A DNA stretch of 64,000 nucleotides from Anaeramoeba ignava BMAN (lineage: Eukaryota > Protista > Anaeramoebae). Under the pieces are notes generated by a model. The model worked only from the letters and a program-made list of their open reading frames with translations. It made no database searches and had not been told where the DNA came from. The DNA is taken from positions 558,001 to 622,000 of the forward strand of contig JAPDFW010000114.1 in NCBI GenBank assembly GCA_028826165.1, written 5' to 3'. Below are positions 12,901-28,122 of this stretch, piece after piece (within the stretch, counting starts at the first letter, position 1; each line of letters starts with the position of its first letter). The translations under genes were made by a program, and so were the position numbers.

Positions 12901-15036
12901 GAAAACCATAAATCTCTTATAATTTCAATAGAAAATTTTTTAACTCTTTCATCTAAATCATAAACTCTATTGATTATATTAATTATTATAATTGGAATCT
13001 TTTTATGTTGAGGATAAAGAATACAAATATTTTTTAAACTTTTCAATATTGAATATCTAACATTCCCATTTTTATCTCTAATTCTCCCAATAAAATGATG
13101 AAAAAAATCTTCATTATCAATAAAAATATTTGAAATTTTTTTGTTAATTAAAATTTTTCCAATTAATTCTGTAATTAAAATTCTAACATTTGAAGATGTA
13201 TCATAAATTCTTTCCAAAATTTGTTCTTTAATTTGATTAGAAAATATTATAATTTTAGGTTGAATTTCTATTAAAGAATTTAATATTTTAATTGTAGAAA
13301 TTCTCAATTTGGCTTGATTATTTGTTAAAAGTTGAGAAATTTGATTAAACATTAATTGAGAAATTGATTCAAAAGGAATATTTTTGAATTGGAAATTATT
13401 CCAAAATTTGTTTAAAATTGATAAGTTTTCATTAATTTCTTTTTCTTGAATAATAGTAAATGAATTTGAGTTTTTTGTTAATAAATCATTTATATTTTCA
13501 ATTTCTTTTTGAAATTCTTCCAAAAAATAATTTATTTCTTGTTTTTCTTCTGAAATACATCTAGAAAGGAATAATAAAATAATTGGAGTTGTTTCTATTG
13601 TTTTGTAATCAATTATTTTGGAAAGTTTTTTCAAATATAAATTAATAATCAATTTAGATTTCAAATTTTCTTCTTTTTCCTTATTTGAATTGTTTTGGAT
13701 ATTTTCAATAATTTTAATCAAATTTTGATCTTCATTGATTTCCAAATTAAATTTATTGAGAATTTGATTTTCTTCTTTTGGAATTGATTTGATTTTTTGA
13801 TTTAATTTTTCCAAATAAATCATAATTTCTCCAAATATTTTAATAAGAAAACTTTTCATTTCAACATTTTTTTCATCAGATTTTAATAAAATAATAATTT
13901 CTGATATTATTTTTGTGATAATATTCTCACAAATTGGCCAATCAAATGTAGGAAATAATCTAAATAAATCCTTTATGAAAATTTCCAAAAATTCTCTAAA
14001 AATAAATTGATGAGTTTCAATATTCTTTTCTTCACTTTGTTTAAACATTTCAATTAATATTAATTGAATATTATAAGTGATTTTGTTTGTAATTTTTTTG
14101 TTAAATTCTTGAATTGATTCAAAATCCAAAATTGATTGAGAAGAATTATTTTTCAAGTTTTTTGCTTCAATAATTATAATACTTTTTAATAATGAAATTA
14201 TTAATCTTGTAAAATTTGATTTTTCTGGATAAATTATTTGATCTTCTTTTATAAAGAATAAATTAATTTTTGAAGAAGAATTAATCTCTTTTGAAATGAA
14301 AATGAAAATATCATTAATAATTGAATTTCTTAATTTTTCTTTTTGAATAAAAATTTGAACAATTATTTTAATAGATAAAATATTTAAATTCTTGTTAAAT
14401 TTAGTAATTAAAGATAAAGGAATACTAAATTTAAGAATTTTGGAAATTGTTTCTTCAAGAAAATTAATTTTTTGAATAAGAGAAAATAAAATTTCTAATA
14501 AATTTAATAAATGATTTTGAATAATATCATTTTGATTTGATTTTGGATTTAATAATAAATTGATTAATTTATTAATAAAATGAATAATATTATTGAAAAT
14601 TCCTTCATTTTTTAACTAAAAAAGAAAATGAAAAATGAAAAATGAAAAATTAAAAAAAAATAAAAATTGAGAATTAAAATTAACTTACTTGATAAGAAAT
14701 TGAATTAATATTCATTATTTTTAAAATGATTTGAGAATATTGAATAGAATTTTGAAATGATCCAAAATCTAAATTAATTAATAATTTTTTTTGATTAATT
14801 TGAATAATTTTTGAATTTAAGAATTGAATTAAATTTAATAATAAATCAAAATTAATATTATTAATAAGATTATATTTTTCAATAATATCTAATTGAGATT
14901 TAAAAGAAAGTAAATTTATTTCTTCTTTTTTTTGATTATTTGAAAAAGAAATTATCAAATTAATTCCTTTTTCAAATTTTTCAATTTCTTTTTTATTTTG
15001 TTTTGATAAAGGAAATGAATTATTTTTCTTTTCCAT
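9978..15036 (-). CDS. NIPBL: Cohesin loader Scc2/NIPBL-like HEAT-repeat protein; exons 15036-14689 and 14615-9978
   Basis: KLRISTIKILNSL..ERIYDTSSNVR..ELIGK..IGRIRDKNGNVRYSILKSLKNIC..RVYD.DERVKK..IRDLWFSP parallels the NIPBL Cohesin_HEAT region. IRFSALNVVYQLSKNGYIHPEQ..YLICL parallels Nipped-B_C. GTAAGT..TAG intron in frame. Confidence 0.8.
12080..12885 (-). repeat. In-frame (NQ)n/(ENQL)n low-complexity coding repeat inside Scc2
   Basis: AATCAA / GAAAAT / CAATTAGAAAAT repeats, open in the Scc2 frame. Confidence 0.9.
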
Positions 15037-15228
15037 TTCTTTTTTATTTTCTATTTTTTTAAAAAAAGAAATAAATGAGAATAAAAAATTTGTTTTTGTT
15101 TTTGTTTTTAAATTAAAAAAAAAAGGAAAAAATTGACATTGAAAAAAAAAGAAGAAAAAAATAAATTTTTTTTTTGTTCCACTTTTTTTTTATTATTTTT
15201 TTTTTAAATTTAACATTTTTATTATTTT

Positions 15229-16388
15229 TCAATCTTTTTTTAAATTATTAATTTTTTCTTTTAATTCTTCAATTGATTTTTTAAGTTTAGAAATTAATTT
15301 TTGTAAATTATCAATCATTTCTTTTGCATTTTGTTCTGTTTGCCTATTTGAATCAATTAACGAAGTAAAATTACCAACAAAACCCATATGTCTTAAATAA
15401 AGTCTATTTTCAAAAAATAGAAATAAAATAAAAAATAAAAATAAATTAAATTAAATTAAATTAAATTAAATTAAATTAAATTAAATTAAATTAAATTAAC
15501 CTTTCCCAAAATATTAAATGACGTAAAGAATAACTTGGATAAATTAAACCATCAACTTCTTCATAAACTTCATTTAAAAATTTAATTTTATGATCATAAA
15601 TAAATGTCCATAAAGATGCTGTATTTTGTCTAACACCAATTTGATTTCTTTGCTTTTCATTATTTCCTAAAAACGTTCCAAATCTTAAAGATATTGAATG
15701 TTCATAAATTGTGATTAAAAACTCCTCATTAAATTGGAAAGCATGAGGGAATTGTTGCCAAATTTGATAAACAGAATCGATCCATTGAATAAAAATAGGG
15801 GATCTTTGATTATCATTTGATTTTTCATTAGCATGACCAATTCTTTGTGAGAATTTATGACCAAAACTAATCCAATCCTTTTCAATCAAAACAATAAAAC
15901 CTTCCAATGTTCTATAATAAGGATCACATAATAATTGGATAAGAGTACAAATTTGGGTTGTTCTATCCCAACCATCAGAACAATGAACAAGTAAAGAATA
16001 ATCACTATCAATTAATTTTGCTCCTTTTACTGCCCAATAGACTAATTTTTGGATATGAATAAGCCATCCAGAATTATCTAATTCTGCAAACCATTTTTTA
16101 TCATCATTGAAACTATATAATGCTGAGTTTATTAATTTTGTAAATGATTCTCTCATTGTATGAATATTATCAATCCCAAGAAAAGTCAATTCACTTGTTT
16201 TGTAATTATTCAATGATTCAAATCCTCCTCCTTTTGCTTTATTTGCAACTGCATTTGCTTTAGGTCTACAATCATAAATTTGTAATGGAAGTTTTGATGG
16301 ATTTTTTTGTGATATAACAAGTATTAATTTTTCATCACTTTCATTTTTTGAACGAGCAACTCCTAAATATTAAAATTTAAATCAATCA

Positions 16389-16419
<31 letters not shown>

Positions 16420-18112
16420 AATCAAATATTAATTTAAATCAAATATATATTTAAATTAAATATTTTTGAAATCAACTATTAATATTTAAATCAAATATTA
16501 ATATTTAAATCAATATTAATTTAAATCAAATATATATTTAAATCAAATATTAATATATATATTTATATTTACCAACTTTTGGTTGTGATGAACGACATAT
16601 TGTATTTAATTTTTTTGGATTTCTCCATGTTAAAACTGGTATTCTTTGTTTAGTTCTAAATTTTTTTAATTTTTCAAGATGAGATTGTGATATATTTGAA
16701 GGGATAACAAGATATTTTGGATATGTAGTACAAATTCCAAATTCAGAATTCCAATCAACAATTTTCCATTTACTTTTTTGAGTAGATTCAATTCCTTTTA
16801 AATTTTCAATTCAATTTCAAATTCCAATAAAAAAAAAGTTTAAATAAATAAATTTTATTACCTTGTCTTTTATATTCTTTTAAAGGATCATAAATAAACC
16901 ATCCTAAATCAATAGAAGAATTTGATTTATGAAAAAAAGAAAATGTAAGTCTTAAATCATTTATAAAAGCTCTTTCAACTAATTTGGAAAATATAAATCT
17001 TCTTGAATGATTAACTTTTGGAAAATAAAATCTATAAACTCTAAAATCTTTGCATTTAACTTCAATTCCATATGAATACATCCCTATTATATATATATAT
17101 ATATATATATAAATATATTTTATTAAAAGAGTGTAAATCAATTTAAATTTAAATTTAAATTTTAATTATAAAAAAACCTTTGCTTTTTTGTCCTCCAATT
17201 TTATCAGCTTTATTAATAAAACCTAATGGAATATTTGGAAGTTGTTTTGAAATTTTTTTATCCTTTTAATTTTGAAAGAGAAAATATAATTATAATAATT
17301 AATTGCTTTAATAAAATATTTCCTCTTTTTGTTAAAAAAAATATACATAAAATGTATTATTTTCATTTGGTTGAAAAAATAATCTATAAGATGTTAAATG
17401 TAAATCTCCAATAATATAAAGTGGATCTTTATCAATTTGAGGAATTAATAATGTAACATTTTCTGAAACTGTTAATTCTTGTTCATTTTCAATAAATTCA
17501 ATTGAAGAATAAAAAATTAAATCAAATTCATTTTCATCAAATTGATTAATTTTCTTTTTTTTTGGAATAAAAAATAATATAAATTAAATTAAATTAAAAA
17601 TTTCTTAATAAAATAAGAATACATTTTCAATTTCAATTTCATTTTCATTTTCATTTTCTTCAAAATTATCAGATTGAATATCATTTTGAATAAAAGTATT
17701 TCTAGGAATAATTGGATTTTCAGGTTTTATTTTTGATTTTGGAAAATAATTTTTTTTATAATTTTGATAATTTTCAAGTTGATTTAAAGGAATTTTTTGT
17801 TGAGATTTATTTTTTGATAATTGAAGTGTTTCATTTTCAAAAGAATCATCTTTTTTAATTTGATTTTGATTTTTAATTTGATTTTGATTTTGATTTTTGA
17901 TTTTGATTTTTAATTTCATTTTCATTTTTAATTGGATTTTTAATTGGATTTTTAATAATTTGTTTTTTTATATCTCCCATTGAAACACTTCTTAATAAAT
18001 TTTCATTTTCAGAAAATTGTGTTAAAGTAATTGAACCTCTTTTTTTTAAATTTGTATTAAGTTTAAGATTACGTTTTGAATCTCTAAATCCAAATAAATT
18101 ATATTGTGTCAT
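15229..18112 (-). CDS. Myotubularin-family phosphoinositide 3-phosphatase (PH-GRAM + PTP-like + coiled coil); 7 exons, one apparent +1 frameshift near 17897
   Basis: Active-site VHCSDGWDRT, LIEKDWISFGHKF, SPIFIQWIDSVYQIWQQFP..FQFNE. Exons 18112-17623, 17553-17347, 17262-17178, 17083-16862, 16794-16573, 16362-15501, 15403-15229. Confidence 0.9.
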
Positions 18113-18203
18113 TTTAATAAATTTTTAAAAATGAAAAAAATGAAAAAAATGAAAAAATTAAAAATCATTTTTTTTTCAATTTTTTTTTTATTAAATTATT
18201 AAA

Positions 18204-19764
18204 ATGATAATAGAAAATCAAATGAATGAAGAAAATAATGAAGAAAAAAAAGAAGAAATAAATAGTGATTTTGAGTAAAAAAATTAAAAAATTTAAATTT
18301 AAAAAAATTTTATCTTTATTTTTGTCTTTTTAGATTTGAATATTCAGAAGAATATGATTATGATTCTTTAACAATAAATTTCCACAATCAATATTATTTA
18401 AGCAAATGTAAATAAAAACTTTATCAAAAATAAATATATTTATTATTTAAAAAAAAATTATAAATAAAAAAAAGCTTTAATTGAAGAAGATTATAATTTA
18501 GCAATTAAAGGATTTGAAAAAATACTTGAAATGGAAACAGAAAAAACTGAATGGGGATTTAAAGCATTAAAACAAATAGTGAAATTATATTTTGAAAAGG
18601 GAAATTATTCATTAATGTTAGAAAAATATTATCAACAACTTTTATATATTGATATAGTTACTTCAAATAGATTTGAAAATGTAAAAGAAATGAATAAATT
18701 TAAATTTAAATAAATTTAATTTAAAAAAATTATAAAAATAGTGTGTAAATAGTATTGCATTTAAATTCCAACATTCACAAGATTTAAATTTAGATTTTGA
18801 TTTACTTGAAAATTTTTATAAATCAACTTTAAAAACAATTTCCAAAGAAGAAAATTGGAGACTTTCATTTTCAATCAATTTAAAACTAGGAGATCTTTAT
18901 CTTCAACATAAAAAATTTCAACTTTTAAAAAATTTAATAACAAAATTACATACACTTTGTGAATCTGAAGATGAAACACAAAGCAAACAAACAAAATTAC
19001 TTGAAATATATTCATTAGAATTACAATTATATTCAGAAAATAACGACACAAAAAAATTCAAAACTGTTTACAATAAAGCATTACTTCTCAAAGCACAACC
19101 TCCATTATATATACTTGGAATAATGAATGAATGTAATGGGAAAATGTTTATGAGAGAAAATCAATGGGAAAATGCTTATCATAATTTTTTTGAAGCTTTT
19201 CGTGCTTTTGATGATTGTGGATCAGAACGTAAAATACAATGCTTGAAATATCTTGTTCTTGCTAAAATGCTTTCTAAATCAATGAATGTTGATATTTTTT
19301 GTGCTCCTGAAACTCAAGCTTATGAAAATCATCCAGAAATTTCACTTTTAATTGAATTTTTTAATGAAATTGAAAAAAATAATATTGAAAATGTTGAAAA
19401 AATTCTTGATTTAAATAAAAATTTGATTTTGAAGGATTTGTTTATCAAAAATTATATTGATGATTTATTAACAAAAATTAGAACTAATTCTCTTTTATCA
19501 ATTATAAAACCTTATACAAAAATTAAACTTGAATTTCTTTCTAAAGAATTAAAAATTAATGAAAATGAATTGATTAAATTGATTATTAGATTACTTTTAG
19601 ATGGAGAAATTAAAGGAAGAATTGATCAAATTAATGAATGTTTGGAATTAGAAAATCAAAATGAAAATGAAAATCAAAATGAAAATTTTTATCAAAATAT
19701 TAATAATTTTGCTCAAAATCTTGATAAGATTCATAATTCAATTTTAGGAAAATTATTTAATTGA
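18204..19764 (+). CDS. CSN2: COP9 signalosome subunit 2 (PCI domain); exons 18204-18274, 18334-18407, 18475-18680, 18742-19764
   Basis: NQYY.SK, EKTEWGFKALKQ, ECNGKMFMRE..W..A...FFEAFRAFD..GS...IQCLKYLVLA.ML, PCI motif IKPYTKIKLEFLSKELKI...LLLDGEIKGRIDQIN. Confidence 0.9.
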
Positions 19765-19837
19765 AAAAATAAAAGAAAAATATAAATTTGAAATTCTGTT
19801 CAATTAACTTTTCCATTTTTTTTTTATTATTATTTTT

Positions 19838-22123
<2,286 letters not shown>

Positions 22124-22219
22124 TATTTTTTATTATTTAAAAAAAAAAACCAAAAAAAAAATGAAAAATGGAAAAATTCAAAAAAAAAAATAATTTTTTC
22201 TTCTTCTTTTTCTTTTTTC

Positions 22220-22900
22220 TCATTTCTAATTTCATTTCTAATTTTAATTCCAATTTCATTTCTAATTTTAATTCTAATTTTAATTCTAATTCTAATTCTA
22301 ATTTTAATTCTAATTTTAATTCCAATTCTAATTTCAATTTCAATTTCAATTTCAATTTCAATTTCAATTTCAATTTCAATTTTAATTTCAATTCCAATTT
22401 CAATTTTAATTTTAATTCCAATTTCAATTTCAATTCCAATTTAAATTCCAATTCTAATTTCAATTTTAATTTCAATTTTAATTCCAATTCCAATTCTAAT
22501 TTCAATTTCAATTCCAATTTCAATTCCAATTTCAATTTTAATTTCAATTCAATTTTAATTTCAATTTCAATTTTAATTTTAATTTTAATTTTAATTCCAA
22601 TTCCAATTCCAATTCTAATTTCAATTCTAATTTCAATTTCAATTTCAATTTTAATTCCAATTTCAATTCCAATTTCAATTTCAATTTCAATTTTAATTTT
22701 AATTCTAATTCCAATTTCAATTTTAATTTCAATTTTAATTTCAATTTCAATTCCAATTTCAATTTTAATTCTAGTTCTAATTCCAATTTCAATTCCAATT
22801 TTAATTCTAATTTTAATTCTAATTTCAATTTCAATTTCAATTTCATTTCTAATTTTAATTCTAATTTCAATTTCAAATTAAATTAAATCAAATTAAATCA
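22220..22900. repeat. Degenerate hexamer repeat (AATTTC/AATTCC/AATTTT)n, intergenic
   Basis: Direct inspection; the overlapping ORFs are repeat artefacts. Confidence 0.9.
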
Positions 22901-23125
22901 ATCCAAATAATCTTTTTATTCCAATTTTTTTTGATTTGGATTTTAATTCATTTTTATTTTTTGATGATTTAAAAAAAACAAAAAAAAAAAGGAGAAAAAA
23001 AATATTTAAAAAAAATAAATTTCAAATTCCACTTTTTTTTCTTTTTTTCCTTTTTTTTAATTAATTTTTTTTTTGCTTTTTTTCATTTTTCTTTTCAAAT
23101 TAAAATTAATAAAAATAAATTAAAA

Positions 23126-24250
23126 ATGGATAATTATGAAACTGCACCAATAGTTATTGATAATGGTTCAGGAATGATTAAAGTAGGATTTGCAGGAGAT
23201 GAGGCACCAAAAAAAGTTTTTCCTTCAATAATTGGAAGACCAAAACATTTAGGAGTTATGGTAGGAATGGGACAAAAAGATTCATATGTTGGAGATGAAG
23301 CTCAAGCCAAAAGTGTTATTTTAAATTTAAACTATCCAATAGAACATGGAATAATAACAAATTGGGATGATATGGAAAAGATTTGGAATTATACTTTTTA
23401 TAATGAATTAAGAGTTGCTCTTGAAGAACGCCCAATTTTAATAACTGAAGCTCCATTAAATCCAAAATCAAATAGGGAAAAAATAACTCAAATTATGTTT
23501 GAAACATTTAATGTTCCTGCATTTTATCTTGAAAATTCATCAATTTTACCACTTTATGAATCAAGAAGAACAACTGGAATTGTTATTGAAATTGGATATG
23601 GAGTTACTTCTGTTGTTCCAATTTATGAAGGATATGCTCCACCTCATGCAACACAAACAATGTTTGTAGCAGGAAGAGATTTAACTGATTATTTAATGAA
23701 ATTATTAAATGAAAAAGGATATTCATTTCAAACAACTGCTGAAAGAGAAATTGTTAGAGAGATTAAAGAAAAACTTGGATATGTTGCTTTGGATTTTGAT
23801 GAAGAAATGAAAAAAGAATTAAATTTAATTGAAAAAGATTATGAATTACCTGGTGAAGAATTAATTAAAATTGGAAATGAAAGATTTAGATGTTCAGAAC
23901 CTTTATTTGAGCCTTCTTTACTTGATTTAATCAATGATGGACTTCATGAAATGATTTATAATTCAATTATGAAATGTGATGAAGATATAAGAAAAGATCT
24001 TTTTGGAAATATTGTTTTATCAGGAGGTTCGACATTGTTTCCAGGAATTGATGAAAGAATTAAAAAAGAAATTACTCAATTAGCTCCTCCAAATACTGAA
24101 ATTGAAATTATTGCACCTCCTGAAAGAAAATATTCAACTTGGATTGGTGGATCTATTTTAACTTCTCTTTTTACTTTCCAAAAGATGTGGATTTCAAAAG
24201 AAGAATATGAAGAATCAGGACCTTCAATAGTTCACAGAAAATGTTTTTGA
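23126..24250 (+). CDS. act: Divergent actin, paralog 1 (374 aa; canonical D-loop; Q137S, H161S, D157Y)
   Basis: [62 protein letters not shown]. Confidence 0.95.
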   Translation: MDNYETAPIVIDNGSGMIKVGFAGDEAPKKVFPSIIGRPKHLGVMVGMGQKDSYVGDEAQAKSVILNLNYPIEHGIITNWDDMEKIWNYTFYNELRVALEERPILITEAPLNPKSNREKITQIMFETFNVPAFYLENSSILPLYESRRTTGIVIEIGYGVTSVVPIYEGYAPPHATQTMFVAGRDLTDYLMKLLNEKGYSFQTTAEREIVREIKEKLGYVALDFDEEMKKELNLIEKDYELPGEELIKIGNERFRCSEPLFEPSLLDLINDGLHEMIYNSIMKCDEDIRKDLFGNIVLSGGSTLFPGIDERIKKEITQLAPPNTEIEIIAPPERKYSTWIGGSILTSLFTFQKMWISKEEYEESGPSIVHRKCF

Positions 24251-24991
24251 AACAAATTTGAAATGAATTTTTCATCTTTCATTTCTTTTTTCAATTTCAA
24301 AATCAAATTAAATTATATTAAATCAAATCAAATTAAATCAAATCAAATTCAAATCCAATTAAATTAAATTTAATCAAATTATATCAAATCAAATCAAATC
24401 AAATCAAATCAAATTAAATTCAAATCAAATTAAATTAAATCAAATTCAAATCCACTTTTTTTTTTCTTTTTTTCTTTTCAAAAATCAAATGAAATCGATC
24501 AAAACACAGAAATCTTTTTATTCCAAATTTTTATTCCAAATTTTTATTCCAAATTATTTTATTCCAATTTTTTTATTCCAAATTTTTTTATTCCAATTTT
24601 TTTATTCCAATTTTTTTATTTCAAATTTGCTTATTCCAATTTTTATTCCTAATTTTTTTATTCCCAATTTTTTTATTCCAATTTTGATTTTTAAAAAGTT
24701 TTTAATGTAAAATGTTAATTGAAAGTAAAATTAAATTTTGATTTTTAAAAAGAAAAAGAAAAAATAAAAGAAAAAATAATAAATCTCTATTTTTAAAAAA
24801 ATTAAAATAATAAAAATATTATAAAAAAAAGAAAAGAAAAAAAAATATAAAAAGAAAAATTTTTTTTTTGGATTATTTTTTCATTCCATTTTATTTTATC
24901 TTTTAATCTTTTTATCTTTTAATCTTTTAATCTTTTAATCTTTTTATTCCTTTTTATTTTTATCTTTTAATCTTTATTTTGAAATTAAAAA

Positions 24992-25636
24992 ATGAATCGA
25001 ACAAAAAAAACAAATGAAAGATCAGATTTTGAATATCATATTGTATGTTTTGGAGCAGGAGGTTCAGGAAAAAGTGCATTAACAATTATGCTTTGTCACA
25101 ATCACTTTGCAGAAGAATATGATCCAACAATCGAAGATTTTTATAGAAAACAAGTTATGGTTGATGAAGAGATTTGTTGGATGGAAATATTAGACACAGC
25201 AGGTCAAGAAGAATATTCAGCAATGAGAAGTCAATATTATCGACAAGGTGAAGGTTTTCTTTTGATTTATGCAATTAATGATAGAAATTCTTTTGATGAA
25301 GTTGGAAAATTTCAAAATGAAATTTTGAGAGCAAAAGATTCTGATTATCAACCAATTGTTCTTGTTGGAAATAAAGCTGATTTGGATTGTGAAAGACAAG
25401 TTTCTTTCCATGAAGGTCAAGATTTGGCTAAAACTTTTGGTTGTTCTTTTATTGAAACTTCTGCGAAAACTTGTATTAATGTTGAAGAAGCTTTTTTTCA
25501 ATGTGTTAGAGAAATTAGAAAATTTAGAAATCAATTTAATTCTATTGATTCTCAAATCCAAAAAAATCCAAATCTTAAAAAATCTAAAAAAAGAGTTGTT
25601 AAGAAAAAAAGAAAAACAAGATGTAGTTTGATGTGA
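24992..25636 (+). CDS. ras: Ras-subfamily small GTPase with polybasic tail and CaaX box (CSLM)
   Basis: GAGGSGKS, effector loop [32 protein letters not shown]. Confidence 0.95.
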   Translation: MNRTKKTNERSDFEYHIVCFGAGGSGKSALTIMLCHNHFAEEYDPTIEDFYRKQVMVDEEICWMEILDTAGQEEYSAMRSQYYRQGEGFLLIYAINDRNSFDEVGKFQNEILRAKDSDYQPIVLVGNKADLDCERQVSFHEGQDLAKTFGCSFIETSAKTCINVEEAFFQCVREIRKFRNQFNSIDSQIQKNPNLKKSKKRVVKKKRKTRCSLM

Positions 25637-25784
25637 AAAAAACAACAAAATCAAAAATTAATTTCATTTCTTTTATTGAAAATGATTATTTTTTTTTAAT
25701 TTTGTTTTTAAATTCTTTGTTTGTTTTGTTTTTGAAATAAATTTAAATTTGAAAATTTAATTTTCATTTTTTTTCTTTTCAAAA

Positions 25785-27596
25785 ATGAATGATTGTTTAT
25801 TTTTTGGTTTAAATGAAAACCCAAAACTTATCAAAAATGAACCAAATAAAATAAAAAAACCAATTCAATTTAAATTTGAAAATGAAAATGAAAATGAAAA
25901 AGAAAAACAAATTAAACAAATTTCATCAGGTTATTTTTCAACAATTTTCCTTTTTAAAAATGGAAAAGCAATAGAATACTTATTTAATTCAAATCAAAAT
26001 CCTCAAAAAATCCAAATTGAAAATATTCAAAAAGTAACTGTTGGTGCTAGAAATGAAGCTATTTTAACAATAGAAAGAAATGTATTTGCAAAAGGAAGAG
26101 ATATTAATTCAGATAATCCAAAAGAATTTATCAATATTTCATCATTAATTGAAGATACAAATGATAGAATAATTCAAGATATTGTTTCTGGAGATGGTTC
26201 AATTTACTTATTAACTTCAAATCAAAATGTTTATGGAATTGGTTCTAATAAATATGGTAAACTTGGTTTTGATTCTAAAACACTTCCAAAAACAGAAAAA
26301 CCAATTTTAATGATGAAAAATGTTTCTAAAATATTTTCAGGAAATTATTCAAATCATATTTTTCTTTTAAATTCAAATCAAGAATTATTTGTATGCGGTG
26401 ATAATCAATATGGTCAACTTGGATTAGGAGAATTAAGAAAAGAAAGGGAAATCCGAAAATTAACCAAAATCCAAAATATTCCAAAAGGAGAAATAATTGA
26501 TATTCAATGTGGATATTCTCATTCAATAATGTTGATTGAAAATGAAGATGAAAATCAAAATCCAAAAAGAAAACTTTATTCATGTGGAAATTATCTATAT
26601 AATGGACTTGACAAATATCAAAATACTTATGAATTTACTGAAATTAAATCATCTTTATTTGAAAATGATGATAATATTCTTGATTTTTCTGTTGATTATT
26701 CTCATACTTTGATTTTAACATCTAATTCAAAATTAATAGTATTTGGAGATAATAGATATGGTGAATTAGGAACTGGAAATACAGAAAATCAAATAATTCC
26801 AATTCAAATTGAACTTCCTAAATTAAGATTTAATGAAGAAATTTCCAATTATCATATTTCTTGTGGAGATAATAAATCATTTCTTTATTATTCTCCCCCT
26901 TCTTTTTCTAATCTTGAAGAAGATTTGATAAAACTATTTCAAAGAAAAGAATTTTGTGATATTTCATTTAAAACAGAAAATGGAGAAATAATTGAAGCTC
27001 ATAAATTAATATTAAAATATAGATTAAATCAAAATCAAAATGAAATTGAAAAACTTCAAGAAATTATTTCAAAAAAATCAATTAAAGAATCAAATCAAAT
27101 ATTTGAAATGATTTATTCAAACAGAATAATAAATCCAATATTATATTCTGAAATTAAAGAAATTATAAATTCAAATGAAAAAATTGAAGAAACAATGAAA
27201 AGAATTTATTTAAATGAAAATGAAAATGAAAATGAAAAAGATTTTATAATTGAAAGAAATGAAAAACAATATAAATTTCCTAAATTAATATTAATAATGA
27301 GAAGTGAATTATATCGAGGAATGTTTTTATCTGTAACTGAAGATAAATCTAATAAAGTTACAGATTATAGTGAATTAAGTAATAAATCATTTCAAATATT
27401 TGAATATTGGATTTATTCAAATCAAATTAAAGAAGGAATTCAAATTACACAAGAAATCATTGATGATTTAGAAACAGGAATTGATTATTTTCAATTAAAT
27501 CAAACAAATCCAAATTTATTTGATTTATTAATTAAAAATTTAATAATCAAAAAGAACAATCCAAATCAAAATATAATCCAAATTGGGATTTACTAG
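25785..27596 (+). CDS. RCC1-repeat (RLD) + BTB/POZ domain protein
   Basis: RCC1 repeats (GSNKYGKLG, CGDNQYGQLGLG, CGYSHS, FGDNRYGELGTG) followed by two BTB-like segments (FCDISF...IEAHKLIL; KDFII...FPKLILIMRSELYRGMF). Confidence 0.85.
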   Translation: MNDCLFFGLNENPKLIKNEPNKIKKPIQFKFENENENEKEKQIKQISSGYFSTIFLFKNGKAIEYLFNSNQNPQKIQIENIQKVTVGARNEAILTIERNVFAKGRDINSDNPKEFINISSLIEDTNDRIIQDIVSGDGSIYLLTSNQNVYGIGSNKYGKLGFDSKTLPKTEKPILMMKNVSKIFSGNYSNHIFLLNSNQELFVCGDNQYGQLGLGELRKEREIRKLTKIQNIPKGEIIDIQCGYSHSIMLIENEDENQNPKRKLYSCGNYLYNGLDKYQNTYEFTEIKSSLFENDDNILDFSVDYSHTLILTSNSKLIVFGDNRYGELGTGNTENQIIPIQIELPKLRFNEEISNYHISCGDNKSFLYYSPPSFSNLEEDLIKLFQRKEFCDISFKTENGEIIEAHKLILKYRLNQNQNEIEKLQEIISKKSIKESNQIFEMIYSNRIINPILYSEIKEIINSNEKIEETMKRIYLNENENENEKDFIIERNEKQYKFPKLILIMRSELYRGMFLSVTEDKSNKVTDYSELSNKSFQIFEYWIYSNQIKEGIQITQEIIDDLETGIDYFQLNQTNPNLFDLLIKNLIIKKNNPNQNIIQIGIY

Positions 27597-27611
27597 ATTC
27601 ACTAATTTTCC

Positions 27612-27955
27612 AAAATTAAAATCAAAATCAAAACTAAAATCAAAATCAAAATCAAAATCAAAATCAAAATCAAAATCAAAATCAAAATTAAAATCAAAAT
27701 TAAAATCAAAATTAAAATCAAAATCAAAATTAAAATCAAAATTAAAATTAAAATCAAAATTAAAATTAAAATTAAAATTAAAATTAAAATTAAAATTAAA
27801 ATTAAAATTAAAATTAAAATTAAAAATTAAAATTAAAATTAAAATTAAAATTAAAATTAAAATTAAAATTAAAATTAAAATTAAAATTAAAAATTAAAAT
27901 CAAAATTAAAAATTAAAATCAAAATTAAAATCAAATAATCAAAATTAAAATCAAA
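27612..27955. repeat. (AAAATT/AAAATC)n hexamer repeat, intergenic
   Basis: Direct inspection. Confidence 0.9.
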
Positions 27956-28122
27956 TAATCTTTTTATTCCAATTTTTTTTTGGATTTGATTTAGAAAAAG
28001 GAGAAAAATTACAAAAATTTCCCTATTTATTTAAAATTCTCAATTTTTTTTTTCATTTTTTCGTTTTCTCATTTTTTTTTTACAAATAATCAAAAAACCC
28101 TAATTACAAAAATAAATTAAAA

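Noticed and set aside
5849-15036. Intein insertions in SMC4 or Scc2 (also considered for the RNF213 ATPase motifs)
   Set aside because: SMC4 has normal length with uninterrupted motifs, the Scc2 insert is a simple N/Q repeat, and no C...HN splicing or LAGLIDADG motifs were seen.
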